A stretch of DNA of 64,000 bases from the human T2T-CHM13v2.0 reference genome, Homo sapiens: the NCBI RefSeq assembly GCF_009914755.1, contig NC_060940.1; one strand, written 5' to 3'. Made by a program: the position numbers and the translations under genes. Within the stretch, counting starts at the first letter, position 1. Each line of letters opens with the position of its first letter. This document shows, one piece after another, positions 13,501 to 24,669 of the stretch. The notes beneath the pieces are model-generated. The model did no database searches. It had not been told where the DNA came from and saw only the letters and a list, made by a program, of their open reading frames with translations.

Positions 13501-15853
13501 TCTATTGGGAAGCCAGATCCTTTTCCATACTGAATTTTTAAGAGCGCCTTATGGATTCACTATATATAGTGTCCATTTACAAACTATTACAAAATTTTAG
13601 TTTGCTTTTTAAGGTATATCATTTTATGTTTAGTCTTTTGTGATTTCCTCTATTTGCTTTTATGCTTAGAAAGCCCTGACTGATCTCTGGATCCAATGAC
13701 AAGTTTATATATTTCTAATGATTTAATGTCTATACTTCATAGCCTTATTTTTCTTGGAATTTATCTTGGCATGTAATAACTTTCTCCCAAATATTTAGAT
13801 AATTTTACCCAATTATCTAGCTTTACTTACCCAATAAAGGAGGATGCTCCTTTATCATTTAAGTCCATGTGTATACTAGGGCCAGTATTCATGTTTTCTT
13901 CTGTCTTGTCATGTAGTAGTACCACACTATTGTGTAGCTCTATGATGTACTAGCAGTTTTAGCAGCATCACCCCAGATAAACACAGGGCCCATGGAGAGT
14001 CTCCATCAGCATGGATTACAGAACACTGTAGAGTTAAGATGCTTCGCTGCTGACTGCACTGGTGCTGCTACATTCCACCAGGACTTTTTCAGCACCCCTG
14101 AGTCAAGAGACGGGACAAGGGTCAGAACACTGAACAGAAGAATGTTAAACTCAGGTAGGAGCCTTATGTTTTTAAGACAGGGCATCCTCACAAGTCAACG
14201 TAAAGGAAAGGAAATGGAGAGGTTAGGCAAGCTCCCTAATCTTATCAGGCAGACTAACCCTTTTTGACCTACGTCAAAACTCAGAGCTAGAAGGATGACT
14301 TCCAGAGCCAATCCAGCCATGTGCTTCAGCAACTGATTTGAAAGGAGGGAAGAAGCCAGTGTTGCAACTCTTCCGTACTCCTCAGATCCTCAGCACTACC
14401 TTCAGTGCACCTTTCTTGCTAGAAAGCATTCCACGTGCAGTTAAGCTCATCTGGTAACTAAGTGAAGTTGTTTGTCCATCATCTAATTGAAAATTAGATT
14501 TTAGCTGTATATAATCTATACAGCCTGTGACAGCACTTTGAATAGCCCAGGCTCTATACAAGCCCCCAAATCAGTATCCTTCCACTTTATTCCCCAAACC
14601 TATTTGTAAGGCTCTGGCTGGGCTCCATAACTCAGAAGTGCCAAAGCACAGAAGAAACAAGCCCAAAAGAGCCAACTGGGGAATGTTTTAGAGGCATACT
14701 TTTTAAGTGAGGAAAACATCATCCCTTAAGATTTCCTTCCTGCCCCCACCTGGTCCTGTCCTTAGTAATGAGGAAGAGAAAAAGAGTTGCAGTTCATTGA
14801 GGAAATCTCAGAAACCTCTCCCTAATCAGAGAATGTAGACATGACTTCCAGAGCCTTTGCAACAGAAAAGAAAAAGTACACCTACTCCCACCACCATACT
14901 TACTTATTTTTACAAGATACCAACATGAGGCTGGGAATCTTTGGGGAGGCCATCAGGGTCTCCATGAAAGAAATGTGTAAGATGGCCAGTCAAGAGCTTT
15001 CCTGAATGTAAACAATAACTAGACAGAAAATACAATGGAAGGAAGCTAAGGGTCGTAAGTGGTCTAATCATCATACATCTAGAGTGTTAAGAGGCAGATG
15101 GGAATCCCAGGGATCACGTTAGTCTGAGCTTCTTCCCCCATCCCCAATTTGGCACAGAGGGAAATTAAGCCCCTAAGAGGGGCTGTGACTTGTGAAAGGT
15201 CATGTATGACCATGCCAACCCCCTCTCTTATTCTCTGGTTTCCCTGCATTACTCACCTAGCATTCCTTTGGAGAACCTTAAAAGAGCTTGTAATGTTTGA
15301 GCACTTATGTGTCATTGGGACTTTATCAAGACTTTTAAATCCTAGCACTCTGATGGAACCAAGAGTCTTTTAATTTTGCAGATGAGTAAAAGGAAACTTA
15401 GAGGTTCACTAACTTGCCGAAGGTCACATAGCAGTGGCATTTGACAGTTAAAGCCAGATACAGCTTGTTTCCTTTGCCTTAATGCACTGCCATACTGTTA
15501 AATCTAGGGGTCATGCATTTAACATACTGCTCAACTTCACTTTTTATTCCTCATGAGAATTCACATCAGTTGCAAAGGTAAGACTATTTAGGCAGTGGCC
15601 CTGTGAAGACTTATTTGCTCTTTGCCTCTAAGCACTGAGACCCCCAAAAGCCACCCTACTAAGCTTGGTATGTGGGAGGTCAACACCCATGTTTGGAGTC
15701 TGAGGATCCTGTACTTATCTGGATTGTTTTTCAAAGAATAAAAATTGTTACTCAATATCATGTTGGTAGAAGCTCCCAGTGGGTAAATTTTGCCCCAGAA
15801 TAAAGTCACTGTTTTTTTTTTTTTGTAGAAATATCAATATTCAAGTAAACAAA

Positions 15854-15859
15854 TTTATT
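15854..15859 (-). terminator. DCUN1D3: DCUN1D3 distal polyadenylation signal AATAAA
   Basis: tttatt on + strand, preceded on the - strand by U/GU-rich sequence (15885-16040). Confidence 0.72.
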
Positions 15860-17076
15860 AAATCCAACAGCAGGTAACCTTCCAAATAAAAAACATTAAA
15901 GGAAAAAATGTAGACATCAAAGACAAAAATGTGTGTAACAAGTCAATAAAAATACTCAAGGGGCCATTTGGAGAGTGCAACAGTGCAGAAAATACAAACA
16001 AAAGTATTAACTTTTGTCAAGTTTGTACAACCTCAACAAACAGACACACTGGTCACAAACCAAGAGGGATCCACAAAGGTGGAGGGTCACATGAGCAGTG
16101 GACTCATCACCTCAGCGGCTTAAGGCAGGGTATATCTGTGGGACCAATTCATCCAAGCCCCATGTGCCTATTGCTTCACATTCCCCCTTTAAAACCTAGT
16201 CATATTCATTAGTGCAACAGGTAAGAGCAATTAAGCACAGACGGAGCTGGGGACCAGGGTCAGAGGGAAGACACTTCTCCCAGAGCAAATGTATGCATGT
16301 CAGGGGGATGAAAAACCCCAGCAGCTGCTGAATGGCTTCCTTTGGCAATATCCAAGATTTGTGTTGAAAGGAGCAGGGAGGTTGGATGGGTGGCGGAAGT
16401 AGGTATTTATGAGATAGGCTGGGTTTCCAAGAAGAGAAGAATAGGGAGGACATGATGCCCAGCACCTGAATCAGAAGCAGAACCCAATGGTTATGCAAAG
16501 CTATTTGAACTATTTTGGCTTCTGCAACCAGTGCTCAAGAATCTATTTCATCTTTCGAAAAGGGGGAAAACCCCTGCCGATCCTCACCAACATGCAGTCC
16601 CAGTCCAGTTTAAACTGGATATGCAATTACAGCTTACCAGGGGAATAAACTCTGAGGGGGATGGATGGTTCGGAACCTTCTTTATATGATCAGAAAACAC
16701 ACTGTGGAATAAGAGGAGGATCAATGTCGCATTTCCTCAATGAGTCCCAATTAACACAATTCAACAACCTTAATAGTCCTTTCAGTCGTTTAAACAAGAT
16801 ACTGCTGGAGTCCTCCAAGAAGACCTGTCATTTACCAAGATGTTCAAGTCCCCCAAGGAAGACCTTTGTCAGTTACCAAGATGCTCAAGTCATAGCTAAC
16901 CAAACATGAGAGACAAGAAAAACAGCAGAGCAGTCAAGTAAAATGCAACAAAAACCTAGCAGCAGCTTTCTTCTACGCCTTAACCTTATAATTGCATAAC
17001 TGAGTCTACACCTTTTGGGCTTTGCTGCACTGAAGACCTCATTTGGAATCTGGCAAACCAAACATTCTTAAATACA

Positions 17077-17164
17077 TAGGTTGGTGTAAAAGTAATTGTG
17101 GTTTTTGCCATACTTAATGGCAATACATTAAGTATGGCAAAAACTTACTTTTGCACCAACCTAA
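17077..17164. mobile_element. MADE1 mariner-derived MITE in distal DCUN1D3 3' UTR
   Basis: taggttggtgtaaaagtaattg ... ttacttttgcaccaacctaa terminal inverted repeats. Confidence 0.93.
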
Positions 17165-19002
17165 CAGATCTGTTTTGGTTTGTAAACTTTTAGACAAGTT
17201 CTTATCCCAGTAACTCCCCACCACTGTTTAATACAATTTGGCACAGTATATAGTACATGAGGCCATCGAGTGTAACTACTATGGGACTCCATTTTGGCAC
17301 CAGCCCCTAGAGACCAGTACTGCTTCAAAGACTAATACTGTGTGGCTTAATCCTTTCTCCCTTTCCAAAAAGACTAGTTTGTGCTTTCCTTGGGGAAGTT
17401 TAATATTGAAAACACTGCCTTGTACATTTTCAATTGTTATTTTCCTGGGCCCAGGGGTTTGGTTAAAATTTAGATCTTCACCCAGCTCTAGATTCATCTT
17501 CCCTTATCAGAAGGGCAGACATGGTTTCCTGGACCCAACTCACACAGGTGGGCAGCACTTCAGCTGCTGAGACAACCAGCTGAAGCATAGCAAAGCCCCT
17601 TACAGGAGGTGGGGTTAAGAACGATACATTGAGATTTGGCAAAGATGGGGGAAAGAGCAATTCAATGAAGCAGCACGTCATCTCATACCATCTTTCCAAT
17701 AAACTGCTAAAGAAACATCACAAAAGCTGACAAAGCCAGTTGTCAAAACTGAGTTATTTCTTATTTCCCAACACACTTGTTTGTTGTTGCCCTCAGATGT
17801 TGCCGATTTCCAAAGTGGCGTCCACATCCTGCCCCTCTCCACATCACCCTGATGTTCTGTTGCTAAGCAAGGAGTGTACTGGCTTATCTGAGGGGCATGC
17901 ATTCAGCCTCTTACACAGACTTACTGCTCACTCATTAAGTGGCAAACCTATTTCTAGGTTGAAAGGAACAAGACTTTTCACTTCCCAGAAGTATAACTTC
18001 AAACCCTACACACACCTCACCTTGGATCCCTTTGCAGAAAAACTGCATTTCTTGTGGTCATGAAAGAGTCAAGCATTGGCCCAGAGCTACTGCAGAAGCT
18101 TGAAATCTTTGCTGAGCATCAAGTACTCAAACTTGAAAGGAACTTGTAAGTCCCTCCCTGACTGCTCCCTTTTCTGGCTTCTCATTTGCAAATGGATCAA
18201 TATAACCAAAAAATAACTAAATGGCTTTTTTGGTGGGGGATGAGGAGGCTAAATAGTTAATTTAAAAAACAACAAAATACATCCACTCTAGTACATCTAA
18301 TGCACGGAATGTCTTCTTAAAGGGTGGGGAAGGAACCTAGTTTCTCCAGAGTACTCAGGGTCCTGGGCTGCCTGCCTCTTTTGTGCAGCTTTCTCTGATA
18401 CACTCTGATCTGGGATGGAAAGGGCCTTATCTGGCCAAGAGCAGCCTGGCTTTTCCCTCAGTCAACCACTACCCAATCCAGAACCGGGGAAAATGAGTTG
18501 CAAACTGGCTTAATGAAAAAGCAGTCTTTTTAAAACCTCAGTCTGGGTACCCAGCTACAACTGATCCCACAGAACCTGCTGGGACCCCTGGAGACTTATT
18601 CAAGAGTCTTATTTAGCTAGAACAGAAGCCAGGCATCTGGCCCAAGACCCCCTTCAGCTTTCTAGCAGTACTATACCGTGGGTGATCTTAAAGTTTCCCA
18701 TTTGCCCCTCTGAAGGAGGAACTGTCAGGTTTAGGATTTAAAAAAAAAAACAAATTCCAAGTATGTTCCCTATGGTCAATATCAGTTTTAGAAAAATACC
18801 AACTGCCAAAACTCTTTAATAATCCTTAAGATGGGAGCCCAGAGCTGTAAGGCTGCTCACAATGGAACTCAAAACATGCAATTCCTGCCCAGGCTGAGAA
18901 ACATACCTGGGACGCAGCGGGGTATTAGGTTAAGGGAGAAACCTCCAAATGTTTAACAGACAAAGTCTCATTACCTCAAGAGTATAAATATTTTTATACG
19001 TT

Positions 19003-19008
19003 TTTATT
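19003..19008 (-). terminator. DCUN1D3: DCUN1D3 proximal polyadenylation signal AATAAA
   Basis: tttatt on + strand ~1.8 kb after the stop. Confidence 0.7.
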
Positions 19009-19419
19009 TAAAAGATTCCCTTTTTAATCTGTTCCAAAGTGTTGGAAGCTGAACTATACAAGTTCCTGCCACCCATCCTTCCAGTACAGTTTTCTGAGGA
19101 CATACTTTTTAAATGGAAAAATAACAGGAGGACCCTCTAACTGAAACCAGGTAGGCCCAGAGTGAGCTCCTCAGGCCCCTGTGGCAGCCTGGCCAAAGCT
19201 GGCCTTTATGGAGCCAGCGCGTGGAGAAGTCTGGGGAACCGGGGCCCTCCCTCTTGTGAGGAAAGGGCTGAGCAAACTCATGTTCTCTTTAGTGAAATGG
19301 TCCAAATTCAGATCCAAAAGCCTCCATTATGGCATTCCCTGGCACTCTTCTTATACTTTATACATTGAAGGCAGCTCCCTCTTTTATGGCCAGTATAAGC
19401 AGGCAAAGAAACAAAGGAA

Positions 19420-19500
19420 TATAGATACATATATGTGTATATATATATATTTTATATAGGTAAAATATATACATATTTTATATATGTATATATACATATT
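19420..19500. repeat. (TA)n-rich low-complexity tract in DCUN1D3 3' UTR
   Basis: Interrupted TA repeats. Confidence 0.85.
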
Positions 19501-20800
19501 TGGGGGTAGGGAAAGGAGAGGAGGGTCATGTAAACCTAAACAGTCATCACATTACCCCAAATGAGCCTGACTTTAACAAAAAGATAATAAATAACTCCTG
19601 GGGGTTAAGTGACAACATGGGTGCAGCAAGAAGGGAAAGGGCACAAATTTAACTATTAAATACACTTTGATATTTGTTTGGCAGAGTTCAGGCCAACCCC
19701 AGGCTTCTGCCCTTGCCAGACAAGTAAGCTGATGATATTCAAAGAAAAAAATAAAAATATTAAAAAAAAAAAAATTCAAGCAGAGCTCCATACCACAGTT
19801 TTCCTTCAAGTCAGTTGGCCGGCAGGCAGTTTCCCGACCACCAGGAACAGAAACTTTGGCTCCAAGGCAAATGAAACAAACAAACAAAAAAAAGTATTTC
19901 CACTTACAACATGAAAATACAGAAACTTCATCAAAGAAAGAAAACTATCAAAGAAGTCTACTTCCAGCAAAACTGAGGTAGCACTGCTTTCTCCGCATTC
20001 AATGCTTAAGTGGTTCTCAGTACAATGTGTTCTTAAAAAATGCTCACTTGACTGACAGGTGCAGCATGTTGATGGAAAAACTCAACATGAAATGCAATAG
20101 GTCAAAGAAGGAATGAGCAAGAAGTGAGGGAAATCAGGGTTCTGGATAAATTAGCTTAAAAGGGGGTTGTCACCAGACTACAAATGCTCTTGGCTGGCCT
20201 TGGCTCTCCAAGAGCTCTAAATCGCCTGGGAATTAATGCAATGTGGTTAACAGTTAACACTGCTATTCAAATCTGTGTAAATCTTTAAAAATAATTATTA
20301 CAACCTAAATTCATCTATGTAAACAGCACTACACACAGTACAGACCTGCCCTGAAAAACAATATGCGAAACTGAGATCTGGCACTGTATCATTTTGTAAT
20401 GTTAATTCAACCTAACAGTCCCATCCCCCCGCCCTGCTCTATGCCCTCCCCTACCAAAAAAAAAAAAAAAAAAACAAAAAAAAACAAAAAAAAAACCTAA
20501 ATTTGTGCAAGAAATGGCAGGCTTATTCTATCTGAAGGCTTCAAAAAAAGATACACAACATGTAACCAGGTTCAAATATTCTGGGAGATCCCCCCAAAAA
20601 GGAAATAACCAAAATAACCAAAAAAATGAAGAAAGTGCCTAAAACATGATACAGCATTTTAGAGCCCTTTCAGATACAAGGCAGAGAAAGGTGTAAAGTA
20701 GAAAATATCCGGATCTTCAGTAATTTCCAAAATGGTCCAATTCCTCAGTTGGCTGCAGGGCAGCTGGCAGATCCTTGCTGCTGCTCCTGGGACAGAGCCA

Positions 20801-21284
20801 CTAAGTCTGCTCCTCGGGACACAAGCCCTCAGGCCCTGAGCTGAGTGCACCTCTCCCTTCCCCTTCTCTTTTCCTTCGCTCCATTTCCCACTCCACAAAG
20901 GTGTCAAAGAGACTTGGCCAGGCCTCATCTTCACTGTAGTTGCTGAGGTCAGGGCCAATCACCTGAGTGAAGTTAAGGAACATGTTCCAAGTGTCCCGGG
21001 AGATGCCCTTGATCCCCGAGGGGTTCTCTGTTAGGAAGTTTAGCCATTGGTCCAATACCGGAGGATTGTTCTGGGTAAAGACTAGTTTCCACAGGGCAAT
21101 GGCTATTTCCCGATGCAGTGACCGCTGCCCTTCTTCAGAGTCCAGGCCAAACTGAAATGTAAACCGGTAGAGATCCTTGAATTTATCCTCTTGTTTGGCT
21201 TCTGTTAAGAGGCTAGGGAACCGTGCACAGATTCCGTCAATGCTGTCTGCACTTATTGCTTTGCAGCCATCAAAAAACTCCTTC
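20801..21284 (-). CDS. DCUN1D3: DCUN1D3 last coding exon, C-terminal PONY/cullin-binding region with DAD patch (D241, A265, D271)
   Basis: ttcctttctgttgcag| acceptor; translates RKEFFDGCK...ISRDTWNMF...EAWPSLFDTFVEW...PEEQT*; with exon 2 gives 304 aa. Confidence 0.97.
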
Positions 21285-22140
21285 CTGCAACAGAAAGGAA
21301 AAGGACAATTAATCATTATAAACTATACTATTTACAGGCAATATACATAGTGATTAAGAGCAAGGCTTTCAGGCCAGATGGTCTGAATTTGAATTCTAAC
21401 TCCTCCAACTAATTAGTCCTATTTCCTTACTTGTCAAATGGTAAAAATACCACCTTACTTCATAGGGTTTTGGTGAGGACTAAACAAATTACTATTCTGC
21501 TTCTAACAGTGCCTGGCACACGGTTGGCAGCTGATAATGGTTCATTTATTCATTCATTCATCTTCCCAAAGCTAAACTCAAGTCTCCTGCTCCCTGCCCT
21601 GTTTCCCGCTCTGCAATAGCGATTAAGCTGCGGATTCTTTCTCCTTCCAGAGGAGGAGGCTTCCTGTTTCCCTTCTGATTCTCTATGGGTTGTTTGTTTG
21701 GGGTATATTTTTAGAGATTGCCAAGGGAGACTTCTGGAGCCAAGGATTCTGAACCTGAGTAATTCTACCACCAGAGATCAAAATTCTATTATTAAAAAAC
21801 AAAAATTATGTATGTATTTTTAACATCTATACAACCCTTTCAGCTTACAGCATGGTCTCGCATTGATCGTCTTCTCAGGGACTGTAGTATCTGCTGAAGA
21901 GGTGAGGCCTCTGAGGTCTGGAGGGTAACCTTCCTGGGGTGGGGGGCATGCAAACTACAAATTGTATGGCTAGGCCTCACAGTCAGTTCTTATTCACAAC
22001 CCCGTGCTCTACAAACCACATTCTACAGGGACATATGACCAGAACAATATGCACAGCTACTGCTTAGTAACTGAGGCCAACTGACCTTATTATACACAGG
22101 CCTGGCTGAGGGCGGGCAACATGCTAAGTACCAGAAAGGG

Positions 22141-22424
22141 CAAGTGGCTTCATGGAGGGAGAGAGGCGTATCCCCTCCCCAGAGGCACTTACTATATTGG
22201 TACTCACAGTGCAAGTGGCTTCATGGAGGGAGAGAGGCGTATCCCCTCCCCAGAGGCACTTACCATATTGGTACTCACAGTGCAAGTGGCTTCATGGAGG
22301 GAGAGAGGCGTATCCCCTCCCCAGAGGCACTTACCATATTGGTACTCACAGTGCAAGTGGCTTCATGGAGGGAGAGAGGTGTATCCCCTCCCCAGAGGCA
22401 CTTACTATATTGGTACTCACAGTG
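22141..22424. repeat. Minisatellite, 4 x 71 bp, in DCUN1D3 intron 2
   Basis: Unit caagtggcttcatggagggagagaggcgtatcccctccccagaggcacttacYatattggtactcacagtg at 22141, 22212, 22283, 22354; only two variable positions. Confidence 0.97.
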
Positions 22425-23022
22425 CCTGGCACATGCTGGGCATACAATAAATATCAAGTGAGTGAACTGACATGTAAAGGAGTAAAAGAAAAGAAAGGTC
22501 CAAGACAGCAGTGGGGCCGAGCAGCAACTTGGCCACCTGGCTCACCCTGGCTTATTTCTCATTTAAGGCAAAGATGAGCAGTGCCCAGTTACTCAGAAGC
22601 TGCCAAATAATGCTATGATAGGCCTGAAATTTGACCTATGAATTAGGCAAAGGCGTTATTCTGCAAAAAAAAAAAGAAAAAGAAAAAGAAAAAAAAAACC
22701 ATAGCGTACACATTAGAACCAGACATGAATCTCTATCAAAATCCAAGTGCCTGGGCCTTCCCTGCTGAGATTCCTATTCAGTAGGTCTGCTGCAGAGCCA
22801 GAGAGATATATTTTAAACCCTTAGAGTCCAGAGGGGCTTCTCAGCATCATAACCACAACTTGGCTCAAAAGATTCAAGCTTTAGAGAACCTGATCAGAAA
22901 AATAAAAACTTACCCAAAACCCTATGAAGCCAACCCAGTCCTATCCTAGCTGGGCACCACTGCCCAATGCTGTTCCCTTTCCTCCACTGCTCACCTGGTG
23001 ACATAAAGTGTTTGTGACTAAC

Positions 23023-23453
23023 CTGGTGAATTTGCACATGGTTGCAGCCTGGAACTTCCAAGCCAAGAGCAGCACTCGAAATTCTGTGGGGTCAACACAC
23101 AGGTCATTGCAAAAGCGCTCCATGCCTTCCTCCAAAATTGCATCTTCCCGCTCATCCTTGTAGCGCCTGAACAGTTCTTCCAATCTTTGCAAGGAAGACT
23201 CCTCGGCATTGGACTTGGACTCCCTCCCAGCATCTCCCGAGGACGTTGGCAGCTGGCAGGCCTCAGTGGCAGCCTCGGCCTTCTTGGTCCCGTTGACGAG
23301 GATATCTCCACCTGGCTTGCCACAGGGTGGTACCTGCTCCTCACGGTGGCCTGCACCCCTCCTGCTATGTGACTTGTTGCTGGGCTCACGGTCTCCATTT
23401 TTGCTGCCCAGGGTCGATGAGGGATTCTTACACTTGGTGACACACTGGCCCAT
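23023..23453 (-). CDS. DCUN1D3: DCUN1D3 first coding exon (MGQCVTKC N-terminal acylation motif, start of PONY domain)
   Basis: Strong Kozak gcaccATGG; DCN1-family motif EGMERFCNDLCVDP...LLLAWKFQA; CAG|gttagt donor; 431 nt, phase 2. Confidence 0.97.
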
Positions 23454-23558
23454 GGTGCTGGTGGCCTGGCCTCTAGAGTGGACCCCTCTGGATTGGATGC
23501 CCTCGCTGCCGCTGGCCCATGTACCTCAACATGCCATCAGCCAGAGGAGCCAGCCAAC
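23454..23558 (-). other. DCUN1D3: DCUN1D3 exon 2 5' UTR portion (105 nt)
   Basis: Acceptor ctttctaatttccttccag|GTTGG at 23559/23558. Confidence 0.88.
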
Positions 23559-24374
23559 CTGGAAGGAAATTAGAAAGCCATCACCTCTGGGTGGGGGAAA
23601 TGGGGTATGGACCCTACCTTCTAGGGTGCACACTGGTTCACCGCTCTATTTCCATGAGCCAACAACGAACCATGGGAGAGACCCTGAGTTCATCATCCCC
23701 TTCACAGGCCAGCTCCGTAACTTCACCTTGGCGACGCAGAGGCTGGGGCACATATGGAGAACCAATGAGGGAAATTCCTAAAATTCTTAAGGTAACATAG
23801 ATTTCAAAGAGGCCGATTCATATGTAGAATGCATCAAAGACTGACAGAAATATTCCAGAGGAAATCTGTCTTGCCAACTTGCCATCACATAAGAAAAGTT
23901 ATTTGGACCTGGGTTAAGCCAGAAGGCACAAAGGAAGGGTTCATCTTCTAATTCCTAATGCCAACATTCTCAGATTTTCTTTTTAAGTAGGATGAGTAGG
24001 GAGAAGGGGTGGCCATATTCAGAACAATAGTCTCATAATGCCCTAATGATGAGGTTGTCAAGACTACAAGCAGGGGCCTAAGCCAAGCAGCAAAATGAAA
24101 TTTGCCTCTGATCTCTCCAGATTCCTTTCTGGGCCTATCCCACACAGTAGGTGAAATGCCCTTGCTTTGCCCTACTCCATCCACCTATAGAAACCATCCA
24201 CCAAGCCTATACTCCAAACCAAGTTTCCCAACTGAGGAGCTTCTTCTCCCCCAGGTCCTCAGCAAGGCTGTACTTAGAATGCAAGCCAAGTCCACAATAA
24301 ATGTGATTGTCCTATAGGGCCTATAGGCTGAGCCTTCCAAAGAAGCATGTCTCCACTTTAAAAGAAGGACTGGG

Positions 24375-24668
24375 GCCGGTTGCAGTGGCTCACATCTGTA
24401 ATCCCAACATTTTGGGAGGCAAGGTGGGTGGGCAGATAGCTTGAGTGCAGCAGTTTGTGACTAGCCTGGGAGACATAGCAAGACCCTGTCTCTACGAAAA
24501 ATAGAAAAAAATTAGTTGGGTGTGGTGATGCACACCTGTACTCCCAGCTACAAGGGAGGCTCAGGTGGGAGGATCAACTGAGCCCAGGTCAAGGCTGCAG
24601 TGAGCTGGGATAGCACCACTCCACTGCAACCTGGGTGACAAAGACCCTGTGTAAAAAAATTGAAAAAA
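24375..24668 (+). mobile_element. Alu (AluJ-like) abutting the 5' end of an L1 fragment
   Basis: Alu dimer consensus. Confidence 0.9.
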
Positions 24669-24669
24669 T

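Larger units (their letters stand above)
15835..20800 (-). other. DCUN1D3: DCUN1D3 3' UTR (long form ~5 kb)
   Basis: Follows the stop at 20801; nearly free of Alu/L1, U-rich on the - strand, ends near AATAAA at 15854-15859. Confidence 0.75.

Noticed and set aside
22141-22424. Regular repeat array considered as CRISPR-like, plus ORFs 22121-22577
   Set aside because: Units are contiguous with no unique spacers, there are no cas genes, and the DNA is human intron; the ORFs are by-products of the repeat.
23018-23781. 141-aa alternative-frame ORF (23018-23443, -) and 190-aa antisense ORF (23209-23781, +)
   Set aside because: Both start at non-ATG codons, have no recognisable domain, and are expected shadows of a GC-rich coding exon.
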